DNA of 56,581 nucleotides from the IMG/VR virus record IMGVR_UViG_3300020426_000005, positions 1-56,581 of that record, one strand, 5' to 3'. Both the position numbers and the translations under genes were made by a program. Source of the DNA: a virus (taxonomy: Duplodnaviria > Caudoviricetes). Positions 35,540 through 45,149 of this stretch are shown here, piece by piece (position 1 is the first letter of the stretch; every line of letters starts with the position of its first letter). Under the pieces are notes generated by a model. The model was not told the origin of the DNA, searched no databases, and was given only the letters and a program-made list of their open reading frames with translations.

Positions 35540-36019
35540 ATGAACGATCAGCAAAAGTTAATACAAGCAATGATTGAGAAGCCTTCTACCTTTCACGTAG
35601 AAGTAGAAGACAATTCGATGCTTCCAGAGAATTTAAAAGACAAAAAAGAGATTGATTTTGTGGTAAAGCCGCCTTGTTTGGGTGCTTTGGCGATGTGTTC
35701 AGAATTATTACAGGAGGTACCAGAAGATATTTTGAACGAGCAAAAAGAACTGACTTTAAATGATGTATTGCCTTATGCTAATATCATGGTAAAAGTCATT
35801 TGCCGGATCTCCTGGAATAGACAAGATGATTACCCGGAGTGGTACGAAAAGTTCTTACTTGCCAATGCGACTACCAAAGAGATCTTTATGATCTTCAAAG
35901 AAACGGCCATCAAAAGCCAGTCGGATTTTTTTTTGCACTCTTTCCAGATTGCAAGCCAGACCAATCCAATGATGATGAGGAAGATAAGCCGGAACGATTC
36001 AACCCCCACCGATTCATAG
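35540..36019 (+). CDS. tail assembly chaperone (gpG-like)
   Basis: follows the tube gene; contains a T9 slippery run at 35926-35934. Confidence 0.75.
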   Translation: MNDQQKLIQAMIEKPSTFHVEVEDNSMLPENLKDKKEIDFVVKPPCLGALAMCSELLQEVPEDILNEQKELTLNDVLPYANIMVKVICRISWNRQDDYPEWYEKFLLANATTKEIFMIFKETAIKSQSDFFLHSFQIASQTNPMMMRKISRNDSTPTDS

Positions 36020-36210
36020 GTTCTATTTCCCATTATTATAATTATAGTTGGGATGAAATTGTATGGAAGCGATCGTATCAAAATTTAATCTTTCTAAACG
36101 CTTCTATTCCGCAGACGAAAACCGATAAGAAAAAGGATGAAAAGCAAGATCCGGATAAGCCCGTTGAATTCTTTGATTTAGTTAGTAAGCATTCGGGAGG
36201 GAAGAAATAG
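35926..36210 (+). CDS. tail assembly chaperone -1 frameshift extension (gpGT-like)
   Basis: -1 frame ORF overlapping at GAT TTT TTT TTG; YSWDEIVWKRSYQNL. Confidence 0.7.
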   Translation, partial: FFFALFPDCKPDQSNDDEEDKPERFNPHRFIGSISHYYNYSWDEIVWKRSYQNLIFLNASIPQTKTDKKKDEKQDPDKPVEFFDLVSKHSGGKK

Positions 36211-36211
36211 G

Positions 36212-36493
36212 TTATTTCTTGATAAATTTTTTATTTAAATCTTCTGTTAGATTTTCATTAGCACAGTCGTAGATTATTTTCTCCATTTTTTCTACTTTGC
36301 TAATCAATTCATCATCATAATCAGACTTAACTCTTCCTTTTGCAATTTCTCTAATTTCAGCTTGAAGTTCTAAAATTGTTTTTAAATACTCATTATTTAT
36401 CATTGATAACTTGTAATTTTCGAATATTACAGCTGTTAAGTCAATTTCAAAAGATGGGTTATTTAATAGTTCATTTAGTTTATTATCATTCAT
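36212..36493 (-). CDS. hypothetical protein (moron)
   Basis: 93 aa, opposite strand, AT-rich. Confidence 0.6.
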   Translation of the reverse strand: MNDNKLNELLNNPSFEIDLTAVIFENYKLSMINNEYLKTILELQAEIREIAKGRVKSDYDDELISKVEKMEKIIYDCANENLTEDLNKKFIKK

Positions 36494-36522
36494 AGTTAAA
36501 TTTTAAGAGGTATCGTTGATTT

Positions 36523-36768
36523 TTATTTTTTACGTATTCCGTGCCATTCTCCATCTACGTAGAAATGCCCATATCCTTTTGGAGCTTCAATAAGTTCATG
36601 AATAGGAACATTTAGAACATTCGCAATTTCCTCAATAGCCTTTATTTTTCCTGTTTTTAATCGAGAATATAATGATGGACGAGTAATGTTAAGCTTTCCA
36701 GCTAACCACTCCATTGTCTGACCTTGTTTGTCTACTATTTCCTGAACTCTTAGCACAAATACAAACAT
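36523..36768 (-). CDS. XRE-family HTH regulator
   Basis: TMEWLAGKLNITRPSL...IEEIANVLNVPIHEL; start moved to 36768. Confidence 0.85.
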   Translation of the reverse strand: MFVFVLRVQEIVDKQGQTMEWLAGKLNITRPSLYSRLKTGKIKAIEEIANVLNVPIHELIEAPKGYGHFYVDGEWHGIRKK

Positions 36769-36787
36769 ACGTATTATTTGATTTCTA

Positions 36788-36859
36788 CAAATATACGCTT
36801 TTAAATTCAAAAACATATTACAATTTATTTGTATATGTAATAACTAATTGATACATTTG
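36788..36859. promoter_or_regulatory. divergent Bacteroidota promoters
   Basis: minus-strand TATATTTG 36788-36795; plus-strand TTTG 36828-36831, 20-bp spacer, TACATTTG 36852-36859. Confidence 0.65.
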
Positions 36860-36890
36860 AACCATCAACAATTAATATCACATCACAATT

Positions 36891-37085
36891 ATGAGTTACA
36901 CACCATTAGTATTTGACGTAAAGTTCTTATCAGAAGAACAGCAAGGGATAGCAAAGTTCCGATTAACTATTCCAGAGTTCCCAAAAGAGGGATGGATCAT
37001 TAAAATCAATGGAAGTCGTTACGAGGTTCATTCGATTGAGCAAATAGACTACACCGAGCAAACCGCTATAATCTTTTTGAAGTGA
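36891..37085 (+). CDS. 64-aa hypothetical protein, paralog of 56049-56243
   Basis: 49/64 identical by manual alignment. Confidence 0.75.
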   Translation: MSYTPLVFDVKFLSEEQQGIAKFRLTIPEFPKEGWIIKINGSRYEVHSIEQIDYTEQTAIIFLK

Positions 37086-37513
37086 TGGAACTAGAATTAA
37101 AACACTTAGCGCCTTATTTACCTTATGCGGTTCAGATCGAAACCTTGTATAGATCATTGGGTCATATGGGAGGTTTTAACCATAAAGAATTAGATGTATT
37201 TACACTTAATTTTTTTGAGATAGAAGATATAAAACCCATCCTAAGACCATTAAGCGACCTTACAAAAAAGATTGAGCATAATGGAGAAATGTTTATTCCA
37301 TTAGATTATTTAGTATCAGAGGATGAAGATGATTATTTTGTTGATACTGATTTTGAAAGTTACATAAAAGCTAGATTAGGTAATAGCGACTATGAAAAAC
37401 ACATGATTAAATATCTTCCTTATGGATTGATAAATAAATTACTTGAATGGCACTTCGACGTATTCGGACTTATAGAAAAAGGATTAGCAATTGATAAAAA
37501 TACTTTATCGTGA
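37085..37513 (+). CDS. hypothetical phage protein
   Basis: LKHLAPYLPY..KPILRPLSDL..HFDVFGLIEKGLAID. Confidence 0.7.
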   Translation: MELELKHLAPYLPYAVQIETLYRSLGHMGGFNHKELDVFTLNFFEIEDIKPILRPLSDLTKKIEHNGEMFIPLDYLVSEDEDDYFVDTDFESYIKARLGNSDYEKHMIKYLPYGLINKLLEWHFDVFGLIEKGLAIDKNTLS

Positions 37514-37704
37514 AACCCTTCCAACAACCCATTCTAGAAGAAAAAGAAGAGCAGCTAAGATGCAGATTACCTTACGTTCAAAATGCATTGTACCATTGGC
37601 AGAAACGAATTAATGAAGGCGAATACGCCCGTAAAAATGTCGATTTCTTCCAAACCCAAAAGGATAATATTTTAAAGAAACTTAAAAGATTTAATGATGA
37701 GTAG
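37510..37704 (+). CDS. hypothetical protein
   Basis: coupled 64-aa ORF. Confidence 0.5.
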   Translation: MKPFQQPILEEKEEQLRCRLPYVQNALYHWQKRINEGEYARKNVDFFQTQKDNILKKLKRFNDE

Positions 37705-38161
37705 AGAAATAAAGTTTAGAGCTTGGCTTCCATCTTGCAAAACAATGCTTGAAAACGTAACAGTATATCCGGACATGATAGGTTTAGGATTACAAGAATT
37801 TGAAAAAAATTTAGGAAGCTACGAAAACGGTTTTGAATATGATGGGGAATGTGTTAGAACTACCGATGATAAATACGAAAATGTATTAAGCGTGTTATCT
37901 GGTGAAGATTGGGTTTATGTCGAACCTAAAGATTACATATTGGAGCAATTCACAGGACGACAGGATAAAAATGGAAAAGATATTTACGAAGGGGATATCG
38001 TTTTTAAAGATGAAGAAAAATGTGTTATAAGATTTAATTTAAAAGAAGGGGTTGTTGCTGCGTATCCAATTTCAGGAAATGCCAATTTTATTTGTTCTTG
38101 GGGTTGGAATGAAATGGAAGTAATCGGCAACATTCACCAAAATAAAGAACTTTTAAAATAA
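37694..38161 (+). CDS. YopX family protein
   Basis: REIKFRAW..QFTGRQDKNGKDIYEGDIV..EVIGNIHQN. Confidence 0.9.
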   Translation: MMSREIKFRAWLPSCKTMLENVTVYPDMIGLGLQEFEKNLGSYENGFEYDGECVRTTDDKYENVLSVLSGEDWVYVEPKDYILEQFTGRQDKNGKDIYEGDIVFKDEEKCVIRFNLKEGVVAAYPISGNANFICSWGWNEMEVIGNIHQNKELLK

Positions 38162-38213
38162 CCCACAGAGGGACGCGTGTGTCCCTCTCTTAAATTCAAC
38201 AATTAATATCATC

Positions 38214-38702
38214 ATGAAACTAATATCAATGACAGATTTTGTTTTGGAGCAAAGCGAAGAAGCTCCAAAAGACAAAAATTTACACAAAACAAATTGGTCT
38301 TTAGAATTTGAAAAGTATAGCAAATTAATTATCCGTTATGCTGAATTCCTAAAACAACCTTTAAAACTTGAAATGTTTATTCCTTGTGATGAAAATGGCA
38401 ATGTTTTGGAAGAGCCTAATCAATCAGATTTCGACGAGTATAGCCATGAATATGCATGTAACGTACTTACACCAGATGGTTATAATAATTATGCAAACGC
38501 TTGTATAGATTGGGATGAAGCCAAAGAAAAAGTTTTGTTTGAAGGTTTTGAAACTAAAGATTTTGAACAGACTCCTGAAGGGGTGTTAATGAATAGTAAA
38601 AAATGGAAATCTGTATGGATGATAGAAGGTAGAACTATAGAAGAAATGGTCTACACAAAAGCGTCTTTAACCCAAGCAGCAATCAAACAACTAGGACTAT
38701 GA
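38214..38702 (+). CDS. hypothetical phage protein
   Basis: MKLISMTDFVL; preceded by a hairpin (38167-38188) and the leader motif. Confidence 0.7.
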   Translation: MKLISMTDFVLEQSEEAPKDKNLHKTNWSLEFEKYSKLIIRYAEFLKQPLKLEMFIPCDENGNVLEEPNQSDFDEYSHEYACNVLTPDGYNNYANACIDWDEAKEKVLFEGFETKDFEQTPEGVLMNSKKWKSVWMIEGRTIEEMVYTKASLTQAAIKQLGL

Positions 38703-39043
38703 AAAGCAGATTAGGAATTACAAATAGTAAATATAGATTGTATGAAGGCAAGTATTTAAGAGGCGATTATATCGGGGGTTCATATTTATTGGCAACTATA
38801 AATAATGAATTGCCATATCCAGCGCCTAAAGAAATGGGGGAAGAAAACGCCAAATTGATTTTAGATGCTTTTGAAACTTCCAGAAAAACAGATCTTTTAC
38901 CTTCTGAACTATTAGAGCAAAGGGATAAGCTTATTACTGAGATCAAAAAACTTAGGGAAGAATTTAGAATGCAAGCACCATGCGAATTATATAGCGAAGT
39001 GCACCCTTATAAAACGTCTGGAAAACTAATCAAATCAATATAA
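38699..39043 (+). CDS. hypothetical protein
   Basis: coupled ORF. Confidence 0.6.
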   Translation: MKSRLGITNSKYRLYEGKYLRGDYIGGSYLLATINNELPYPAPKEMGEENAKLILDAFETSRKTDLLPSELLEQRDKLITEIKKLREEFRMQAPCELYSEVHPYKTSGKLIKSI

Positions 39044-39047
39044 AGCG

Positions 39048-39488
39048 ATGAAGAATAATTTAAAAAACAAAGCAAAGTTTTTCGCTCAGTATTGGGATCA
39101 AAAGATTCTAACAGGAATACCTGTTGACAAGCCCTTTACTTTTCGAAGGTTAAATCATCAAAACATTCAAAAAGGCATAATGTATTCTTTTTTAGAACTA
39201 AAAAGCCTTTCAGATATAACAGATGAAGATGCTATTAAGGTTGCTAAAATAGCTAATTGGAGTCCTCTACATGCTGATAGGGTAAAAGCAGGTAAACAAA
39301 TTATTTTCGGTGATTTTGGAATACCAGAAGAAGCAGTTGATTCAAGTGATGAAGATTATGATAGCATACTTAATTACATACCTGTTTTTGACTACCTACG
39401 CTCAAAAGGCTACGCTTTACCATATAATGGACTAAGTGTTGAAGATCAAATCGAATACGGATGGATTAAAATTAAAACCAATGAGTAA
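39048..39488 (+). CDS. hypothetical phage protein
   Basis: LKSLSDITDEDA..DYLRSKGYA. Confidence 0.7.
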   Translation: MKNNLKNKAKFFAQYWDQKILTGIPVDKPFTFRRLNHQNIQKGIMYSFLELKSLSDITDEDAIKVAKIANWSPLHADRVKAGKQIIFGDFGIPEEAVDSSDEDYDSILNYIPVFDYLRSKGYALPYNGLSVEDQIEYGWIKIKTNE

Positions 39489-39783
39489 AACAGCTAAACA
39501 AATATCGGAAGAAATATTTTATAAGCCAGCTACAAACGGCCAGGCTAAAAATTCAATACAAGAAGGAGAAAAACTAATTGAGGACTACGCCAAAGAAAAA
39601 GCTATTAAAGCTATAAAGGAGATTAGAATAATGGAAGATAACCACTTTCAGAAATCTAAGTTTTGCGGTCAACATAACTTCCAAATGGATCAAATTAAAC
39701 ACCAACAAATAGAAAATGAGTTGAGGCGAGTTTGCAACATTATACAAAACACTTTTGATACTGGTTATATATCAACACCTTAA
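39481..39783 (+). CDS. hypothetical protein
   Basis: start moved to MSKTA. Confidence 0.6.
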   Translation: MSKTAKQISEEIFYKPATNGQAKNSIQEGEKLIEDYAKEKAIKAIKEIRIMEDNHFQKSKFCGQHNFQMDQIKHQQIENELRRVCNIIQNTFDTGYISTP

Positions 39784-39793
39784 AACTAAAACA

Positions 39794-40078
39794 ATGAAAT
39801 TCAGAAACTCTATAAGCATAAAAACTCCATACGATTGGGAGTTGGTGGCATCTGATGTGATCGATGAATTCCTAGAAGATTTTACGGACAGAAAAGGATT
39901 AACTAGACCTGCTGAATACGAAGATCAAATTGATTTTGATGGATCTGTTAGTTTTATGTACACTCAAAAAGGAATGAAACTATATGATAGAATGGTTGAA
40001 AGACTTGATAAGTTAGGAAACAAGATATTCCCTGGTGAAAAATTCAGTTATTCGCCCGCAAATATTAAATTACCTTAA
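39794..40078 (+). CDS. hypothetical protein
   Basis: start moved to MKFRN. Confidence 0.6.
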   Translation: MKFRNSISIKTPYDWELVASDVIDEFLEDFTDRKGLTRPAEYEDQIDFDGSVSFMYTQKGMKLYDRMVERLDKLGNKIFPGEKFSYSPANIKLP

Positions 40079-40089
40079 ATCACAAACCA

Positions 40090-40314
40090 ATGAAAACCTG
40101 GTATTACTTAGGCATTGAATGCCCTAACTGTGGCGATGATTTGTTAGTGTTAACAGATAAGCAAGAAATTCATAACGGTGAAAACCCTTATGTAGGCGAT
40201 AGCGACGAAGTAAAATGCATGGATTGCGATTTTAAAAGTCATGTTATCCTTAACACAGATAATGAAGTCGGTGTTGACGATGGAAATATTAATGAAATAG
40301 AAAGTTATTATTAA
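40090..40314 (+). CDS. small zinc-ribbon protein
   Basis: CPNC...CMDC. Confidence 0.6.
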   Translation: MKTWYYLGIECPNCGDDLLVLTDKQEIHNGENPYVGDSDEVKCMDCDFKSHVILNTDNEVGVDDGNINEIESYY

Positions 40315-40318
40315 GATT

Positions 40319-40768
40319 ATGAGAAATATACTTTTAAAAAAGCAAGATAGGATCGCTAAATTTATGGGTTGGGAAACAGAAAACAATCTTGTTAAAGTTC
40401 CTAATCTATATCCAATTTATAATATTCAAGATTCTGAAAATACTGTATGGATAGAGGAAGAAACGACTAAACTAGAATTTTTAGATAGTTGGGATTGGTT
40501 AATGCCAGTTATTGAGAAAATATGTAAACTAAAGTTTACAGACGGAAGCAACGACACTTGCTATCCTAGAACTTTTGGAATGCTTGGAGGTGATGGAATT
40601 TTTATGGTGCGATTTAACCGTTTTTCGCTTCATTCTAGTGAAAAATTAATAGAAGCTGCATTTCTTGGTGTTATTGAGGTTATCGATCATTTAAACTCAA
40701 AAAATTGCCACCTCAAAACCAACACGCCAAAGGCTTCCCCTTCAACCGATCAGGATAGCGATGTTTAA
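40319..40768 (+). CDS. hypothetical phage protein
   Basis: IAKFMG...SWDWLMPVIEKI. Confidence 0.65.
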   Translation: MRNILLKKQDRIAKFMGWETENNLVKVPNLYPIYNIQDSENTVWIEEETTKLEFLDSWDWLMPVIEKICKLKFTDGSNDTCYPRTFGMLGGDGIFMVRFNRFSLHSSEKLIEAAFLGVIEVIDHLNSKNCHLKTNTPKASPSTDQDSDV

Positions 40769-41366
40769 TATTATGAGGGATTTGAACTATTTCCCCATGT
40801 AAAAAACGTTCTTCAAAAACCGTTTCCCAAAGCACCCCATCATCAACTAAATAGTCAGGTAAATTATTCACCCGGTGTAATAGCCGGGTTTCATCAAATA
40901 ACGGACATTCGATAATTGCTTTTTTGGTCGCGTAATCTATAAGTAAGCTGAAGATTTTCTTTTTATCGATGATCCAACGTTTACCTTCCCAACGACCGTA
41001 ATTATACCAGTATTTATCTTTTTTGAAATAAGGGCGGTTAATATGATATTCAATATTTAATCTTCTGCATCCAAAACCAGTACCGCAATCCTGATCGATT
41101 AATCGTTCATCATAGCATTGCCCGATCCATTCAGCTTCCAATAAAAAACGATAGGGTTGTACAGGAAATCCGTTGTAAGTTGCAGAGGTACCGCGCCAAT
41201 TTTGCACATAAGAAAAGAGCTGACGAATATACCGATACCCTTCCAGGACATTTTCAATTTGAATCGTCACCACACCATCTTCAAAAGTACATCCAATTTG
41301 CCGAGCCAGCTTTAAAGCAGTCGGAAAGTTCTTGGATTTCTTTTCTAAAAATTGGAGTTGATACAT
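40713..41366 (-). CDS. hypothetical protein (moron), Cys- and aromatic-rich
   Basis: 217-aa ORF convergent with the island operon. Confidence 0.65.
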   Translation of the reverse strand: MYQLQFLEKKSKNFPTALKLARQIGCTFEDGVVTIQIENVLEGYRYIRQLFSYVQNWRGTSATYNGFPVQPYRFLLEAEWIGQCYDERLIDQDCGTGFGCRRLNIEYHINRPYFKKDKYWYNYGRWEGKRWIIDKKKIFSLLIDYATKKAIIECPLFDETRLLHRVNNLPDYLVDDGVLWETVFEERFLHGEIVQIPHNIKHRYPDRLKGKPLACWF

Positions 41367-41371
41367 TAGTG

Positions 41372-41443
41372 GCAGCTACGCATATACGCGCCCAATTTAC
41401 CGATTTTCCCTAGACCCTCAAACTACATTGCGGGAAAACCCTT
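41372..41443 (+). promoter_or_regulatory. putative late promoter 2
   Basis: GCAGCTACGCATAT ... TACATTGC at 41424; upstream of the tape measure gene. Confidence 0.6.
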
Positions 41444-41447
41444 AGTA

Positions 41448-44400
41448 ATGGCAGTACGTGGTACAGGGAGCTTATTTTTTGCTTCAGGAATAGATAACAG
41501 TGGACTTAAACAAGGCACTTTAGATGCTATTGGATTAGTCCAAGGAATGGCTTCTACAATATCCAAAATAAGCCCTTTTGCGGCATTATCGATAGGCGCT
41601 GCAACCGCATTTGCGAAGATTGCGCATGATGCTTATACTATGATGAATGAGTTTGAGCATGCCATGAAGGAAGTGCAAACCATTTCTAAGGCTACTCAAG
41701 AAGATTTCGAAGGTATTTCAAGCGCAGTTTTTGCCTTGTCTAAGATAAGCCCCGATGCACCGGTGAAACTGGCTAAAGCCTATTATCAAATTGTTTCTGC
41801 TGGATATGATGGCGCTGCTGGATTAGAACTACTAGAAACGGCTGCCAAAGCTGCAACAGCTGGTGTAACTGATACCGCAACGGCTGCTGATGGTATTACC
41901 ACCGTGCTAAATGCTTTCAAATTAGAAGCAACCGAAGCGGATAAGGTGGCAGATATTATGTTTAACACGGTGCGCCTGGGTAAAACTACCTTTGACGAAC
42001 TTTCCAGATCCTTGTCTGAAGTTGCACCTTTAGCTGCTGCATCAGGTTTTAATTTTGAAGAAGTAGCGGCTGCTACAGCAACGCTCACGAAACAGGGTGT
42101 TCCCACTTCTCAAGCCATGACACAAATTCGATCTGCGATTGAATCGGTTGGAGAAGTACTTGGGGATGGTGCCGCTAAATCTATGACCTTACAAAATGCT
42201 TTTCAAGCAATATACGACAAGGCGAATGGTTCACAAACTGGTATTAAGGAATTGACTGGCCGAATGGAAGCCATGAATGCTATACTTGCTATTGCTGGTC
42301 CAAATGCGCAAGGTGCGGCTGCTGATCTTCAGGAAATGGCGAATGCTGCCGGTAGTGCGGAGGTCGCTTTTGATCGTATGGCAGGCTCCAATGTGAACGC
42401 CTGGCAGATCCTAACTAATAGGATTAAATCGTATACCGAGGAATTGGGAAATAGTTTGGTAGGGGTAAGCAATGACTTTGCTGGTTTTGTAAACGAGGTG
42501 ATTGACGGTAGTGATTCCGTTACAGAATCAGTACGAAAACAGGCTGGACAATTCAGGATTTTAAAAACTACGCTTGAGGATAGTAATACGCCTTTTGATG
42601 AAAAACTCGAGATATTAACCAAACTAAAAGATCAATATCCAGAATATCTTCAAAGTTTAGAAACAGATAAAATAAACGAGGATAATTTAGAGGTTTCTTT
42701 AATAGGTGTTAGAAATGCTTTAAGAGAAATTAATGAAGAACAACAACGAAGATTAGAAACATCAGGGGCAGAACAACAATATAGGGATGCGAAAAGAACT
42801 GCTGAAGGATTTAGAAAAGCTGCAGACGAACAAAAATTAGCATTTTTCAACGTTTTAGAAGAATTAAGAGAATATGCCGATACGCAAAATATACCCCTTA
42901 ATTTCTCATTAAGCGATTCTCCTCAGAAAATTTTAGAAGATCTTCAGGATAATAAAAAATTAAAATTTAAATGGGGTTTTTTAGATGAGGGATATAATCT
43001 CATGAATGCTTTAGAAAAAAGAGTTGAAAATATAAATTTGTTTACAGAATCCTCAAATAACGCAAACGAAAAATTATTAGAAAAAGAAAAAAGAAGATTA
43101 GAAGTTAATAAGGAAATTTATGATAATGCAGATGGGTATCAAAAAATCATTAGAGATATTGAGGGAACTAATAATCTTAATGATTTAAAACTATTTGAGG
43201 ATTTTGATTACTGGCAAATCAAAGAAGCTTACCAGGCTAGACAAGAAATATTGCAAACCATTTCTGATATCAATAAGGTTCAGGAAATTGAAGGATTGGC
43301 TCCATTCCTTAAAATTGACAATGAAGAAATAAAAAAAGCAGTTGAGCAACGAAAAAGAATGCTTAACACCGATTTTACAGGCGGTGGCGGTGATGCTGCA
43401 ACCGAATTAGATAAATACAAAGATTTCCTGAAGCAACGTGAAAAAGCGTATCAGGAATATGAAGCGGCCGTTATTCAATTAGGTAAAGAAAGTGCGGACG
43501 CCCAAAACCAAGAGCTATTAAAGCAAGGGAAGAATTTAGGCGAATTTTACCAAAACCAGTTAAACAAAACACAGAATTTCGCCAGGCAAACAGCTATCGC
43601 GGTGGCCGCTCAAAATAATGGTATTAATCTAAATCGACCACAGGTTCAAGGGGTTTCGAGTATTCAGTCGCAACCTATTATTCTAGATCTTAAATTAGAT
43701 GAAACTTCCATTAATGCAATGCGCATAAAACTCGAAGAACTCCGAGAAAAATTTAATGCAGCTACAAATACTGAAGATCGAGACATTTTAAGAGAAGAAA
43801 TTGAAAAGCAAGAACAGAAAATACAAACTGCTATTGATGGTGCCGCAAAAATTAATGATGCAAATGAAAGCGTTTATTTAAGACTTGAAGATTTAAGTTA
43901 TAAAGAGCTGATCAAATATAGGGAAAAATGGAAAGGAAAAGTTAAAATAGCAAAGAAAGAATCTCAAGAAGAACAAGAAGCCATTCAAAAATTTAGGTCT
44001 GCAGATCAAGAGATCATTAATAGATTCAGCGACCGTATGGGTGATATTACTTCAGGTATAAGTGAAGCTTCATCAATGTTTAGAAAATTTGGAAATGAAG
44101 ATGTTGCTGATGCTTTGGATAAAATGTCTAGTCTTGCTGATCAATTTGCAAATGTAGGAGTTCAACTAGCTACTGGAAATTATATTGGAGCTGCTATTAG
44201 TGCCGTTGCTGCAATAGGATCTCAAATAGCAGGAGGTGATAATGGGCCTAGTGAGTTTGAAAAACAAATGGATCGCTTAGATCGATCTATCAAAAGGCTA
44301 AATAATTCACTTGGTCAACTATATGGCGCTGAGGGGAGTCAAGCTAGAAAGAAAGTTATAGAAAATTTAAGAGCTCAAGAAGAAAAATATAAAGATCTTG

Positions 44401-45149
44401 TTGATTACTCAAAAGAACAACTTGCACTATGGAAAGATGTAGATAATTTTATTGGTGAAAATAACAGGAATTTGTTCACGCAAATGCTTAATGATGCAGA
44501 AGATAAGCTTAGCGAAATACGAAAGGAAATTGCAGATAGTCAGGATGAATTTGATGAGTATTTCACAGGAACCACACAATCGACCTTAGCTGATAGTATT
44601 ATTCAGGGTTTGCGTGATGGAAAAAGAGGGATTGATGAATTTGCGGAAACTTTCGAAGATACAATGAGAGAAGCAATGTTGAATATCTTGCTTAATAATT
44701 TTGTAGGTAAAGGCGCAGAAGAATTTATGAATAACTTCTATAAAGCAATAAGTGAAGATGATAATTTAAGCACAGGAGAAATTAAGGACCTTAGAGATCA
44801 ATGGAATAATTTAATTGAACAAACCGGACAATATTGGGAAGGGCTAGAAGACATTATGGGTAATGCCGGTATTGATCCTTTTGGAACACAACAAAATAAC
44901 AGACCTGGATTGGCTGGCGCGATAACTAACATTACAGAAGATACCGCTAATGTTTTAGAGGGCTATTTAAACGCCATTCGAATTGATGTACGTCAAAGCC
45001 TAGATATTGCTAATCGTAGCAGTATTTATTTATCTGAAATTGCTGCAAACACTCGGTTTTTACAAACTATGGATAAAACATTACAAACCATGGATGCTAG
45101 AATGTCAACTATAGAAAACGGGATTATTAATTTTCAATCAAGAAGTTAA
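41448..45149 (+). CDS. tail tape measure protein (TP901-type)
   Basis: 1233 aa, Ala-rich N-terminal domain (YQIVSAG, GKTTFDEL), helical remainder. Confidence 0.9.
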   Translation: MAVRGTGSLFFASGIDNSGLKQGTLDAIGLVQGMASTISKISPFAALSIGAATAFAKIAHDAYTMMNEFEHAMKEVQTISKATQEDFEGISSAVFALSKISPDAPVKLAKAYYQIVSAGYDGAAGLELLETAAKAATAGVTDTATAADGITTVLNAFKLEATEADKVADIMFNTVRLGKTTFDELSRSLSEVAPLAAASGFNFEEVAAATATLTKQGVPTSQAMTQIRSAIESVGEVLGDGAAKSMTLQNAFQAIYDKANGSQTGIKELTGRMEAMNAILAIAGPNAQGAAADLQEMANAAGSAEVAFDRMAGSNVNAWQILTNRIKSYTEELGNSLVGVSNDFAGFVNEVIDGSDSVTESVRKQAGQFRILKTTLEDSNTPFDEKLEILTKLKDQYPEYLQSLETDKINEDNLEVSLIGVRNALREINEEQQRRLETSGAEQQYRDAKRTAEGFRKAADEQKLAFFNVLEELREYADTQNIPLNFSLSDSPQKILEDLQDNKKLKFKWGFLDEGYNLMNALEKRVENINLFTESSNNANEKLLEKEKRRLEVNKEIYDNADGYQKIIRDIEGTNNLNDLKLFEDFDYWQIKEAYQARQEILQTISDINKVQEIEGLAPFLKIDNEEIKKAVEQRKRMLNTDFTGGGGDAATELDKYKDFLKQREKAYQEYEAAVIQLGKESADAQNQELLKQGKNLGEFYQNQLNKTQNFARQTAIAVAAQNNGINLNRPQVQGVSSIQSQPIILDLKLDETSINAMRIKLEELREKFNAATNTEDRDILREEIEKQEQKIQTAIDGAAKINDANESVYLRLEDLSYKELIKYREKWKGKVKIAKKESQEEQEAIQKFRSADQEIINRFSDRMGDITSGISEASSMFRKFGNEDVADALDKMSSLADQFANVGVQLATGNYIGAAISAVAAIGSQIAGGDNGPSEFEKQMDRLDRSIKRLNNSLGQLYGAEGSQARKKVIENLRAQEEKYKDLVDYSKEQLALWKDVDNFIGENNRNLFTQMLNDAEDKLSEIRKEIADSQDEFDEYFTGTTQSTLADSIIQGLRDGKRGIDEFAETFEDTMREAMLNILLNNFVGKGAEEFMNNFYKAISEDDNLSTGEIKDLRDQWNNLIEQTGQYWEGLEDIMGNAGIDPFGTQQNNRPGLAGAITNITEDTANVLEGYLNAIRIDVRQSLDIANRSSIYLSEIAANTRFLQTMDKTLQTMDARMSTIENGIINFQSRS

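Larger units (their letters stand above)
6392..38208 (+). repeat. dispersed 13-nt leader motif TCAACAATTARTA (15 copies)
   Basis: starts at 6392, 6479, 6537, 6655, 6799, 7767 (1 mismatch), 9994, 12582, 14325, 17227, 18828, 21135 (1 mismatch), 28693, 36865, 38196. Confidence 0.9.
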
